DNA of 62,382 nt, filler included, from Jimgerdemannia flammicorona (taxonomy: Eukaryota), in the NCBI GenBank assembly GCA_003990765.1. It is 3 parts of 3 records of this genome, joined end to end, with 100 filler letters (N's around TTAATTAATTAA, not from the genome) between each part and the next. Parts side by side here need not be neighbours in the genome. Positions count along the whole stretch, not along the records: positions 1 to 20,734 come from RBNJ01001599.1; 2 more parts are not named here. The stretch is one strand, 5' to 3'. This document shows positions 1 through 11,300 of this stretch, piece after piece (the first letter of the stretch is position 1; each line of letters opens with the position of its first letter). Below the pieces are notes generated by a model that saw nothing but the letters and a program-made list of their open reading frames with translations, was not told the origin of the DNA and did not search any database. Both the position numbers and the translations under genes were made by a program.

Positions 1-598
1 TTACTCCTTGCAAGTGTGCTATAGCCCAGGGAATATGGCGGAAGATTTGATGGACACGGAGGGCTCTCTTGATTAGCCGGCTAGTGGTTAACATTTCGGC
101 AATGAGGTCTTCCTGGTCGCCTTCTTGAGTCTCATTGCGAAGGCGGTGTCCAATTTCATAGTCATGCCAGAGGGTCATTCGTTCGGTAGTGTCTTTGAGC
201 TGTTGGGTCATTATATACCGGTAGTTGATGAAGTGTCCAAGGTCCTCAGTGTAGAAGTTCAAGTGTTCGGAAGTATCTGGGCGCCAGATGGCCTTCTTGA
301 TAGCTTCAAAGATCAGAGTCTTTGGGCCAGGCAAAGGGGTAGAGTGGCAGGAGGTCTGGTTGGTTCGGCGAATAGGAGGCATTGTGTAGTGGGTACTTGG
401 TTCTTTGGTGCCAATCCTTGAGGCGGAGTAGGGTTCCTTAAATAATGTGGTCTTCATTTTGGCTCAGGTCATCTTGTCTTCTTTTGGTGAAATCACTTGA
501 CGGATTGGGCTGGTCACCAGTTATCGCACCATAATGTTGTCTGATCTTGTGGTCACAGGGTACTCCGAATTTGGGTAGGGTCAATTGTAGATGTCACA
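1..598 (-). mobile_element. Probable LTR-like segment beginning TGTGAC at 598 and running off the window start
   Basis: The minus strand starts TGTGACA at 598, with an abrupt composition change from the AT-rich flank. The same TGTGAC start occurs on the putative long LTR at 39577-41050. The other end lies outside the window. Confidence 0.35.
2..382 (-). CDS. Partial ORF of unknown function (MPPIRRTNQTSCHSTPLPGPKTLIFEAIKKAIWRPDTSEH...LIKRALRVHQIFRHIPWAIAHLQGV...)
   Basis: ATG at 382 and 127 codons open to the window edge by manual translation. Absent from the ORF track because it has no stop in the window. Confidence 0.45.
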   Translation of the reverse strand, partial: MPPIRRTNQTSCHSTPLPGPKTLIFEAIKKAIWRPDTSEHLNFYTEDLGHFINYRYIMTQQLKDTTERMTLWHDYEIGHRLRNETQEGDQEDLIAEMLTTSRLIKRALRVHQIFRHIPWAIAHLQGV

Positions 599-1419
599 CT
601 ATATATATATTCTTGGTGAAATTTAATATATCATATGAGGTGAGGAGCTCTACCTTTTTGGTGCTACAGCCTAGGGGGTTTCTGCAGCCTGGGGGGTTTC
701 TGCAGCCCAGAGAGTTTCTGTAACCAGGGAGTTTCTACCCCTCTGTATGTAAAAAGGACTGACAAAATATCATTTATTTTGGTAGAATTCTAAGCCAGAA
801 CTCCTGGGGCTAGATCAAGAGCAGGTATCTATCAGCATAGCCTAGCAGTATGAGGTTCTGGGCTAAGAGTTTACTCAACTATATGCTTATGTTATATTAA
901 AATACATCAGGTACAACATTTCGCTATCTATACATACAGACAACAATATAACCTCAGTAATGTTTTATATTCTGGAAAGAAGAGTCCAACTTAAGAGGAC
1001 AGTGGTAGAGTCTAGTATAATCTCACCTACAGTTTTGGGGTCCCATTTGTGATCAACATAGTTATCCTATTCTAACTATATGACTACTATAATACCATTA
1101 CCTTCAAGAAGAGCTTGGATACAATAGTTATTATACTCACAATAGATGATAGACTTATCAAGGCCTGAGACTGGCAGGTGGAGCCATTTTTGTAAGCATT
1201 AGGCAATCTTTTATAAGAGTTTGGCAGTCATTTTGTTTGGGTTGAGCAGTCTTTTGTAGGGGGTTGGGCTGATAGCCAGGCACCTCTTTCTGTAGTACTA
1301 GTTTAGCCATTATGCTAAACCCTACCAGCCCCTTAGCTCTACTCTGTAGTACTACTGGTATGGTACTGCAGTATAGAGCCAGGGTATCTATAAGGTAATG
1401 GGGCCCAAATCTGTAGTGG

Positions 1420-2110
1420 ACTTTGATCATCAGAAGTACCCTCTGACTATCAGAAATACTCTCTGACTGCTGGAAGTACCCTCTAATCACCAGAAGCACC
1501 CTCTGACCACCAGAAGTACCCTCTGATCTGGACTCAGACTCTTTGGCAGCTTGGGATTGCTCTTTTACTACTGGTAGAGAGCTGCAAATTTTGTGCACTC
1601 TCTCCATCAACTTCACTGACCCTCTGGACTGGGCACAGGCTGCTTAGGGATACTCCATACTGCTGACAGAGGGCTACAAATTTTATATACTCCCTTTACC
1701 AATCCCACCTCTCTGCCAGCTCTGCTGGCACTTCTGTCCCAGATACTAGTAGCTTGGGACTACTCCTTACTATCAGCAGAGGGCCACAAACTTTACACAC
1801 TTCCTCTGCTAATCCCCCAGCCCAGATATGGGCTGCTTGGAGTTTCCCCTTACTGCTAGCAGAGGGTTGCAAATTTTGCATACTCTCCCCACCTACCCTG
1901 CCCTCTCTGCCAACCCTCTCTGTCACAGATATGTACTTGTAGCTTAGGACTGTCCCTTACTGCTAGTGGAGGGTTACAAATTTTGCATACTCCCTCTACT
2001 GACCCCACTCACTGATCTGGATACTAATAGTATGGGGCTGCTCCTTGCTACTGGTGAAGGACTGTAAATTTTGCACACTCTCTCTACTGCTATCAACCCT
2101 ACTGACTACT
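1420..2110. repeat. Degenerate short tandem repeats
   Basis: CAGAAGTACCCTCTGA-type units at 1430-1530, and about five copies of ACTGCTAGCAGAGGGxTGCAAATTTTGCAxACTC roughly every 80-100 bp at 1565-2085. A similar ~19-bp repeat lies at 665-740. Confidence 0.6.
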
Positions 2111-2229
2111 GCTCTACTCAGACTGTAAACTCTGAGCCAAGTCTCTCTTTTTTTTTTTCTTTTTTTTTAAAAAATAATTAAATACTCTACAAGGCCAAAT
2201 AACTTATCTGTGAACCTCAGAACCTACTG

Positions 2230-5046
2230 AATTTTAGCAGCTCATATCCCACTAAGATTTCAAGTATATATATATCTGGATTATCTTAGCATTTAATATA
2301 CACCTCTTAGAAGTAATGAGATTTACCCCACCTGAGAACACCCACTCAATAAGAGTACTGGTGACAGGAATCACTAGATAGTCTCAAGTTATACTACATA
2401 GGCTGAGAAAGTCTATTTGATATAGCTGTAGCTATATGCCCTGGTAGGTAGAGCAGAGGTTAGAATAGTTGTTAGATTGGTAGATTAAATTAACCCAATG
2501 CAACCAACCACCTAACAATCCACCTTCTACCAGTTGAGTACCTCCATGCCTTTTAGCAGAATTATGTGGTCACTGGTAATATAAATGGTAAGTTTATTTA
2601 TTGACAATAGCTTTTCTACTGATAGCTCTCTCTTTCTCTTTTTGCTGAAGTAAATGTGAGATAGGAGAGATCTCTTGGTATATTTGTCTGGACTTTGGCC
2701 AGAACCTTGCAGTGGTGCATAGTTTTTTCAGTATGTTTTGATTATAGTCTGCTTGACTCCCTCAATATAGTACTGCTCCCAGTACTGTTCAGAAAAAGAG
2801 AGCGAGTTTTGTGAAGATTTCTCTATTTTGGAAGAGATAATGGCCATATGCTAATATACCTGTACTGATTGAGTATATGGTGGCATCTGTTTTGGAGTAG
2901 TATTTTCTGAGCTTGCTTAGAGCAATCTCCACAGTATTTCTCTGATCCAGGTTTAACTGTAAATCACCACAACCCTCTATCTATCCTCAAGCTTGTCCTC
3001 TAGCTGATCAATTAAAAGGTTATATATTATTATTGCAGAGCTTATTTTTGGGGTAGTTTGTTTGACTATATCCTTTATACAATCATCAAAATACTGGCAG
3101 TAAGATGTTATATTGTATAGAGGTAGATAAAATGAGTGTGGGGCCAGAGTAATTACTACTTATTTCTAAAACTCTGATAATATTTCTAAGTACATCCCAC
3201 TTGCTTTCATCTATAGCCTCACTCTGCATTTCTCTGTAGGCAGTAACCATTGAATCTATCAGCTTTTTTTAGTTTGTTTTTTTAAAAAAAAAAAAAGGAA
3301 AAAAAAAAAAAATTCAATCATCTGAAACAAGTTACTTCAGCTAACTAAAAAAAAGAATACATACTATAGCAAACTCTAGGATGTACTGGATCATTGCAAA
3401 TGTCAAGTTCCAATATATACAGATGTCCAATATTAGCTTTTTTAGGACTAAACTGATTGCCCTATACTGTATAGTAAATTTGTCTCATTATTGTAAAGAT
3501 GATCATACTGATACAATCAACTTATATAGTTTGGAAACTATACTCAGAGCCCTTTTTCTTTTGGATGTTTTGTCTATATATATGTATAAGATAGTCCTAA
3601 ATAGTAAGGTTCAGTATGTGGGCCTGGTATCATATATAATAGCTTTTTATACCAAAGGTTATTTAAGGCTAGCTGCTAAAACTTGGAAAAATGTTGAGTT
3701 ATTTGTTGTATTATCTGTCATAATGACCAAAATCTGTACTTAAAATATTCAGTCAGCAAATTTATGTGAAAATAAATAACTAATAAAATCTAGTTTGTTT
3801 TAAGACCTCTCTCAAAATACTGATCTGATAGTAAGCTCTCCTTTTTTATCTTAGTTGTGATCCTAAGCTCTTGGATACAACTAATAAAAGTATCTGTGAT
3901 GTTTTCTCCAGAATAAGAGCCAGCAAGTTTGATGAAGTTAAGGATGAGAGATTTAAGCTACCAATTAAGATCAATCTAATGATCAGTAATATCTAGAAAT
4001 GAAATTGTATTAGAGAATTCCATATATCAATTGTAAACAAAATTTTGTTTACCAAATTCTTTTATTGAATATAAAATTAAATTGGAGCTCTTTATAAATA
4101 TATATATATAATTTAGCTTGCAAAAGTTATAGTACTACTCTTATTTATTTATTTTATCTGAAATATCTTGTAAAGATTATTGTACTCCTTTCTATAGACC
4201 TCCAGGATATCTTTGTGAATAGTATCAGTACTTGGCAAATATAAATCATACTTGAGGAGGCTAAAAATACTATGTAATTGATTACTCTTAAAGGTTGTAA
4301 ATAGCTGGTCTGTGTATATAATCTAGAAAATGAGCTGATTTCGAAATTCTACCAAAGAGTATAATTAAATATTTTTGATTAAATAGGATTTTTGATATAG
4401 AAATAGTCAGGCAATTGGATAAATATACTCACTATAGCTTGGATACTGATTTTATTTATCTCTATATTCTTTTTGATTTTGTTGAAATACTTATCTTTTA
4501 TATATCAATATATATTCAAAGTTGAACTATCAAGTATTTTGAACTTTTGACTATATAGTTTATGAAGATAGATGAAATAGTATCATATGTATATCAAACA
4601 AAGTATTAATTATATCATAGATATATATATATATATATATATTTAATTTTTACCTATAATAGTTATAAACAATATTATCTCTTATCTTAATATAATGTTG
4701 CCAGATTTTAGAGTGAGGATTGTATAGAAGATATGGAACTATTGGAGATATTTAACTTAAAGTATCATCAGTACTGTAAACTATTGAAAACTGATCTATC
4801 AATATATATATTTGTATATATATATATTATATATGTATATATAGATATACATATCTGATATATAAGTCATATGGAGAGTTCAGATTGAAGAATTTAGTTG
4901 AAGAATTCAGATGAGAATTCAAATGTTGTGATTTGGATTAATCTAAGTTGATCTAGATTGCTTCAGATTTAATATTCAAATTAAACTATTATACATATAA
5001 TAAATCAAATCTAAATTTAATTTAAATTGACTTATTCAGAACACTA
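2230..5046 (-). mobile_element. Degenerate hAT (Ac-like) DNA transposon
   Basis: Minus-strand remnants: FTIDIW; SFLDITDH*ID.NW.LKSLILNFIKLAGSYSGENI; ILVIMTDNTTNN; LILDICIYWNLTFAMI (cf. LDVxTRWNST); and the hATC dimerisation motif LVIPVTSTLIEWVFSGG. Many stops. The right end GAACACTA at 5046 matches the TAGTG-type TIR of the MITEs. Confidence 0.85.
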
Positions 5047-5589
5047 GATACAATAGTAGAGACTTCAAAACATTGAGTTTACTGCTCTCTCATTGCTTTC
5101 CAGAAATTCAGTCAAAGTAATCTTCTAATATAAGATACCAAAGTCCAAAATAAATATATATTATTATAGTAAAGGTGATTTCTAGAGTTCAGAAGTAATT
5201 TGATTCAGAATTCTAGATACTATACTTTCTCAAACATTCAGCTCAGCCCAAAGTTGGTAAAAAGAGCAGACTCATCCTGTATGAATTTGTTATAGAAAAT
5301 GTATTCTGATTTTAGCTAATTAAATATGAGATATTTATAATATATTTATATTATTTATCAGAATATTACTACTATAAATATTATAGTGAATAATGAATAA
5401 ATTGTAATAATTAATATAATATTAATCTTTTCAGCCCATGGCTTTCCATAAAATATCTTGTTACAATGAAATATTTCTGAAGATATAATTGAGTTATATA
5501 GATGATAATATAATTATTTAAAAAAAAAAAAAAAAAAAAAAAATTCCAGATTTTTTCATCTATATAATATTAAATTTAATCATCTTGAC

Positions 5590-5946
5590 TAGTGCTCCAA
5601 AAACGAATATTCAAATCAATTCGAAGTGGTATTTGAATCGAATTGATTCGATTCGATTTGAACATTGTTTTGATTTCCAAATTAGAACACAAACATTTTC
5701 CTCAATACCTCCATGAGTTTTCATCCGATTTTGATGAAACCAGTGTGATTGGAAAGCTCTCTATAATGGCTTTCCAATGACACTAAGATCACTGAAATCA
5801 GATAAAAGCTCATGGAGTTATTGAGGAAAATGTTTGTGTTCTAATTTGGAAATCAAAACAATGTTCAAATCGAATTGAATCAATTCGATTCAAATACCAT
5901 ATATATCCACTTCGAATTGATTCGAATATTCGTTTTGGGAGCACTA
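5590..5946. mobile_element. Palindromic hAT-type MITE with 8-bp TSD
   Basis: TAGTGCTCC...GGAGCACTA termini and near-perfect inverted arms over most of the 357 bp. Flanked by ATCTTGAC (5582-5589) and ATCTAGAC (5947-5954). Confidence 0.9.
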
Positions 5947-6482
5947 ATCTAGACAGAATTATTTTGTAATGCTACAAAATTGGATCATCTTGAGAATGCG
6001 CACTTCTTAAATCTGTTGACCATCTCGACATGTTAGCACGTGATATTACGTCACACCTGTTACGTCATCAAATTACTACGCCACATATCAAAGTACACGA
6101 CTTACATATTATCAATAATAACACCCTTCTTTCTCCTCCGCTCCACTCCAGTACTCTGGCTATTACACAACATCTGATGTATGTTTCAGTTGCACTTTGA
6201 CAGAAACTTCATCTTTTATATCTTTTTCAGTGTTCAAAACATCCATGTGTATCCACCCCTGAAAGCATTCTTTTGAGGAAAGGACAGATTTTCAAAAGCG
6301 ATAATGTCCAACACCAATTGCTCCGGCTCCTTGTTGATATCAATTCCTGTCATATGTAGCAAAAGATACATTGAATAATGTATGCAAATCAACTGCAGAA
6401 ATTAAATGATGGAATAAAATTCACCACACGAATCTGTTTTTCCTTGGCCTTCTAGGCCTAGCCAGACGCTCTCCAATAGTTC

Positions 6483-6884
6483 CTAATTGAACACGCGATC
6501 TTCTTCGGCGAACTCTAGGTCTCCCAACCTGGCATCTATGGGAGGCCAAACAAGCACGCTGGTATCGCAACAAACCTCATAGGGTCGAATGCAAGCAAGT
6601 GGGACATTTTTCATCGGTAATACAGTCTCTGTGTCCTTTCCTGGTCGGAGGCCGCTCATAATATTATCGAGGAGGTCTGGATTGTAGTTGCCCTCAAAGG
6701 CACGCTTCTCATATAGAGTCTCCCACAACAGGATTCCAAGGCTGTAATTGTCGCTCTTCTCGAAATCCACCCGCACTCCATCGAGATAGTCCAGTTACTC
6801 TTGAGCTGCTGAATACACTCAGACTGAAGCCAGCCAGTGCCACTGAGTCATCTTTGCGGATGATAACATTTTGGCAATCCAACC
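6483..6884 (-). pseudogene. Protein kinase (TKL-like) C-lobe remnant
   Basis: LDCQNVIIRKDDSVALAGFSLS (degenerate subdomains VIb-VII), GLSRWSA (VIII), then a frameshift to EKSDNYSLGILLWE...DNIMSGLRP (IX-X). No intact HRD or DFG motif. Confidence 0.7.
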
Positions 6885-6974
6885 TTAATAAAATATACTA
6901 CTTTGTCACTAACAAACAAAGAAATGAGAAATATCCTTAATATCTAGAAAAATTCTATACCATTCCTTTGGCAT

Positions 6975-7790
6975 ATTCGCAATTTGACGTATCAGACGGT
7001 TTAGCTTATATCTCGGCGAATTGATGTTCGTTCGCGACGTATATACTTGGGTCTGTTTGAAACCGGTGATTTAGGGCTTTCAAAACCCCCCCCCATCCCA
7101 AGAACTTTAAGAACGGACGCTGTTTCGCCGAGATAAGCAAAAAATCGTCCAACATGTCAAATAGCGATTTCGATTTGAAGAATGGGGTTAAGTTCTGACA
7201 TAAAACCTGCTGTCCCAAACTTTAAAGCCCGCTATCCTCAATTTGAAGTCGGACTCTAGGTCGGACGGATTAAGTTATAAGTTGGGACAGGACATGCTTT
7301 AATTCGGAGACAACGGGCTTTAAAGTTGAATCGAAATTGGCGATTTAATATGTTTGACGTTTTTACTTATATTTCAGTGAAACGGCGTCCGATCTTGTGT
7401 ATCTTGGGCTTGTTTGAAGGCCATGAATCACAGACTCAAGTATGTCACAATTGGACATCAATTTGCCGAGATATAAGGAAACCCGTCTGACACGTCAAAT
7501 TGCGTATTTCGATTTTAATTTCTGACATAAACCCACTCTGTCCCCAACTTTAAAGCTCGCTGTCTTCGATTTTAAGTCGGACTGTAAGTCGGGACAGAAC
7601 GCTTCAAGTCGAAGACAGCGGGCTTTAAGTCAAGTCGAAATTCGCAATTTGACGTGTCAGACGGTTTTGGTTATATCTCGGCAAATTGATATCCGATAAT
7701 AATGTTCTTGGGCTTGTTGGAATGCCATAATTCAAGGCTTTCAAACAAGCCGTGATATAAACAAAACGTCCAATATATCTAATCATAAAT
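6975..7790. repeat. Foldback-like non-coding element built of nested inverted and direct repeats
   Basis: TTCGCAATTTGACGTxTCAGACGG...ATATCTCGGC at ~6977 is inverted at ~7455-7505 and direct again at ~7641. Internal hairpins AACTTTAAAGCxCG...CGGGCTTTAA at ~7218-7327 and ~7546-7630. Confidence 0.7.
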
Positions 7791-8308
7791 TTATATCAAG
7801 CCACTAATGGAACGGGTCTGAAAACAATAGCCATCAATATAAGGGGGCCGGCCACTAATACCTGCAGTCCTAAAATTTCAAGTAATTTTATAATTATCTT
7901 TAAAGCCAGAAATCAATTAAAATTAAAATTAAATCTAATAATTATGTTATATATATAATACGATATTTTTCAAATGATACAATAATTAAATATTAATGCT
8001 CTTTTATATAGAATAATTTCAAATTATATACTAAAAAATTTATATAATTTATATTTATTTAATTATATCTTATCTGAGAAAGTATATATATGGAAATTTT
8101 TAAATTCTTATTTTAAAATTTATAAAGTTATTAATTTTTATTATATTTTTATCTTAAAAATTTTTCTAACTACCATATTTGAAGAAAAAGTATCAACATA
8201 TACAATCAGCAAATCATATAACAGATCTGTTATTTAGAGGTCTTAGTTTTATACTTTGATAACGAGAGCCTTGCTTGCAGTTTTGAAGCAAGAGATGTTG
8301 TGTGATAG

Positions 8309-11300
8309 TTAACGTCTTAATAGAATGAGCTTGGCGCACCATTGCCTGATCAGTCCACCCACAGATTGGGGCCTATAACGGGATTTTTTCTCTGAAAAAT
8401 GCACAAATACTCACAGGTCAGCTGGATCGAATCACCCACATTCAAATAGTAACACACGGATTTCCGACATACCTTCGAGATTCAGCTGGGTAAGGGTCGT
8501 GTTCTGCTTCAGAGACTCGGCCAGAGCACGGGTACCGTCAGCGCCGATTTTGTTATCTATGAATATTCACAGGTCAGCTGGATCGAATCACCCACATTCA
8601 AACAGCCACACACTGACTTCCGACATACATCCGAGATTCAGCTGGGTAAGCGTCGCGTTCTGCTTTAGAGACTCGGCCATAGCACGGGCACCGTGATCGC
8701 CGACGCCATTCTCTGAAAAAGGCACAAGTCAGCTGAATCGAATCACTCACATTCAAACAGTCACACATTGATTGCCGACATACTTTCGAGATTCAGCCGG
8801 GTAAGGGTCGTGTTCTGCTTAAGAGTCTCGGCTATAGCGCGAGCACCTTTATCGCCGATACCATTCACTGAAAAATGAACAAATACGCAGTGGTCAGCTG
8901 GATCGAATCACTCACATTCAAACAGTCACACACCGATTTCCGACATACTTTCGAGATTCAACTGGGTAAGGGCTGTGTTCTGCTTCAGAGACACTGACAG
9001 AGGACGGGCACTATTGCGGCTGATGATGCTAAACCCTGAAAAATGCACAAATATAAACAGAATCAGCTGGATTGAATCACTCACATTCAAACAGTCATGC
9101 ACTGATTTCCGACATACTTTTACTTTTGCGATTCGACTGGGCATGGTTCATGTTCTGCTTCAGAGACTCGGCCAGAGCATGGGCACCCTCATAACCGATG
9201 TTATTCCCTGTAATATTCATAAATACGCATAGGTCAGTTGGATCGAATCACCCACATTCAGACAGACACACACTGATTTTCGACATACATTCGAGATTCA
9301 GCTGGGTAAGCGTCGTGTTCTCCCTCAGAGACTCGGCTAGAGCATGGGCACCCTTAGCGCCGATTTCGTTATCTAAATAAATATGCAAAGGTCAGCCGGA
9401 TCGAATCACCCACATTAAAACGGCCACACACTGATTTCCGACATACTTCCGAGATTCAGCTGGGTAAGGGTCGTATTCAGCTTCAGAGACTCGGCCAGAG
9501 CACGGGCACCCTCAGTGCCGATTTTGTTATCTAAATGAGTACACACAGGTCAGCTAGATCGAATCACTCACATTCAAACAGTCACACACTGATTTCCGAC
9601 ATACTCCCGAGATTAAGATGGGTAAGGATCGTGATCTGCTTCAGAGACTCAGCCAGAGTACAGGCACCCTCATCTTTGATACTATTCCCTGAAAAATGCA
9701 AAAATACGCACAGGTCAGCTGGATCAAATCACCTACATTCAAACAGCACACACTGATTTCCGACATACATTGGAGATTCAGCTGGATAAGGGTCGTGTTC
9801 TGCTTTAGAGATTCGGCCAGTGCACGGGCACCCACATCTTTGATGCTATTCCCTGAAAATGCACAAATACTTATAGGTCAGCTGGATCAAATAACCCACA
9901 TTCAAATTGCCACACGCTGATTTCCGACATACAGGAGAGATTCAACTGGGTAAGGGACGTGTTCTGCTTCAGAGACTCGGCTAGAGCACGGGCACCCTCA
10001 TCTTTGATGCTATTCCCTGAAAAATGAACAAATACACACAGGTCGGTTGGATTGAATCACACACATTCAAACACCACACACTGATTTCCGACATACCTTC
10101 GAGAATCAGCTGGGTAAGGGCCGTGTTCTGCTCCAGAGACTCGGCCAGAGCACGGGCACCCTCATAGCCAATGCCATTCCCTGAAAAAGTCACAAATACA
10201 CACAAGGTCAGCTCGATCGAATCACCCACATTCAAACAGTCACACACTGATTTCCGACATACAGAGGAGATTCAGATGGGTAAGGGTCGTGTTCTGCTTC
10301 AGGGACTCGGCCAGAGCACGGGCACCCTCATCTTTGATGCTATTCCCTGGAAAATGCACAAATACGCACAGGTCAGCTGGATCGAATCACCAACATCCAA
10401 ACAGTCACACTGATTTCCGACATACTTTCGAGATTCAACTGAGTAAGGGTGGTGTTCTGCTTCAGAGACTCGGCCAGGTCACGGGCGCCCTCATGTCCGA
10501 TGCTATTCCCTGGAAAATGAACAAACACGCATAGGTCAGCTTGATCGAACCACCCACATTCAAACAGCCACACACTGATTTCCGACATACCTTCGAGATT
10601 CAGCTGGGTAAGGGACGAGTTCTGCTTCAGAGACTCGGCCAGAGCACGGGCACCCCCAGCGCCGAATTTGTTATCTAAATGAATACGCATAGGTTAGCTG
10701 GATTGAATCAAACAGTCACACCCTGATTTCCGACATACCTTCGAGAATCAGCTGGGCAAGGGTCGTGTTCTGCTTCAAAGACTCGGCCAGAGCACGGGCA
10801 CCCACATGGCCGATGCTATTCTCTGAAAAAAAATGTACAAGTATGCATAGGTCAGCTGGATTGAATCACCTACATTCAAACAGTCACACTATGATTACCG
10901 ACATACTTGAGAGATTCAGCTGGGTAAGCGTCGTGTTCTGCTTCAGAGACTCGGCCAGAGCACAGGCACCCGCATTGCCGATGTTATTCACTGACAAATG
11001 CACAAAAGCGCACAGGTCAGCTGCCACGTTCAAACAGTCACACACTGAATTTCCGACATACCTTCGAGATGCAGCTGGGTAAGCGTTGTGGTTTGCTTCA
11101 GAGACTCGGCCAGAGCATAGGTACCCTCATGGCCGATATTATTCACTGAAAAATACACAAATACGCACAGGTCAGCTGGATCAATTCAATTCAAACAGCC
11201 ACACACTGATTTCCGACATACCTCCGAGATTCAGCTGGGTAAGGGTCGTGTTCTGCTTCAGAGACTTGGCCAGAGCACAAGCACCCTCAGCGCGGATTTT

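Noticed and set aside
1118..1128. GATACAATAGT as the left TSD of the hAT relic (matches 5047-5057)
   Set aside because: It is not followed by a matching TAGTG-type TIR in the right register and is probably coincidental.
1158..1942. ORFs 1158-1616, 1696-1926 and 1754-1942
   Set aside because: They arise from degenerate tandem repeats in CpG-depleted DNA and show no recognisable domain.
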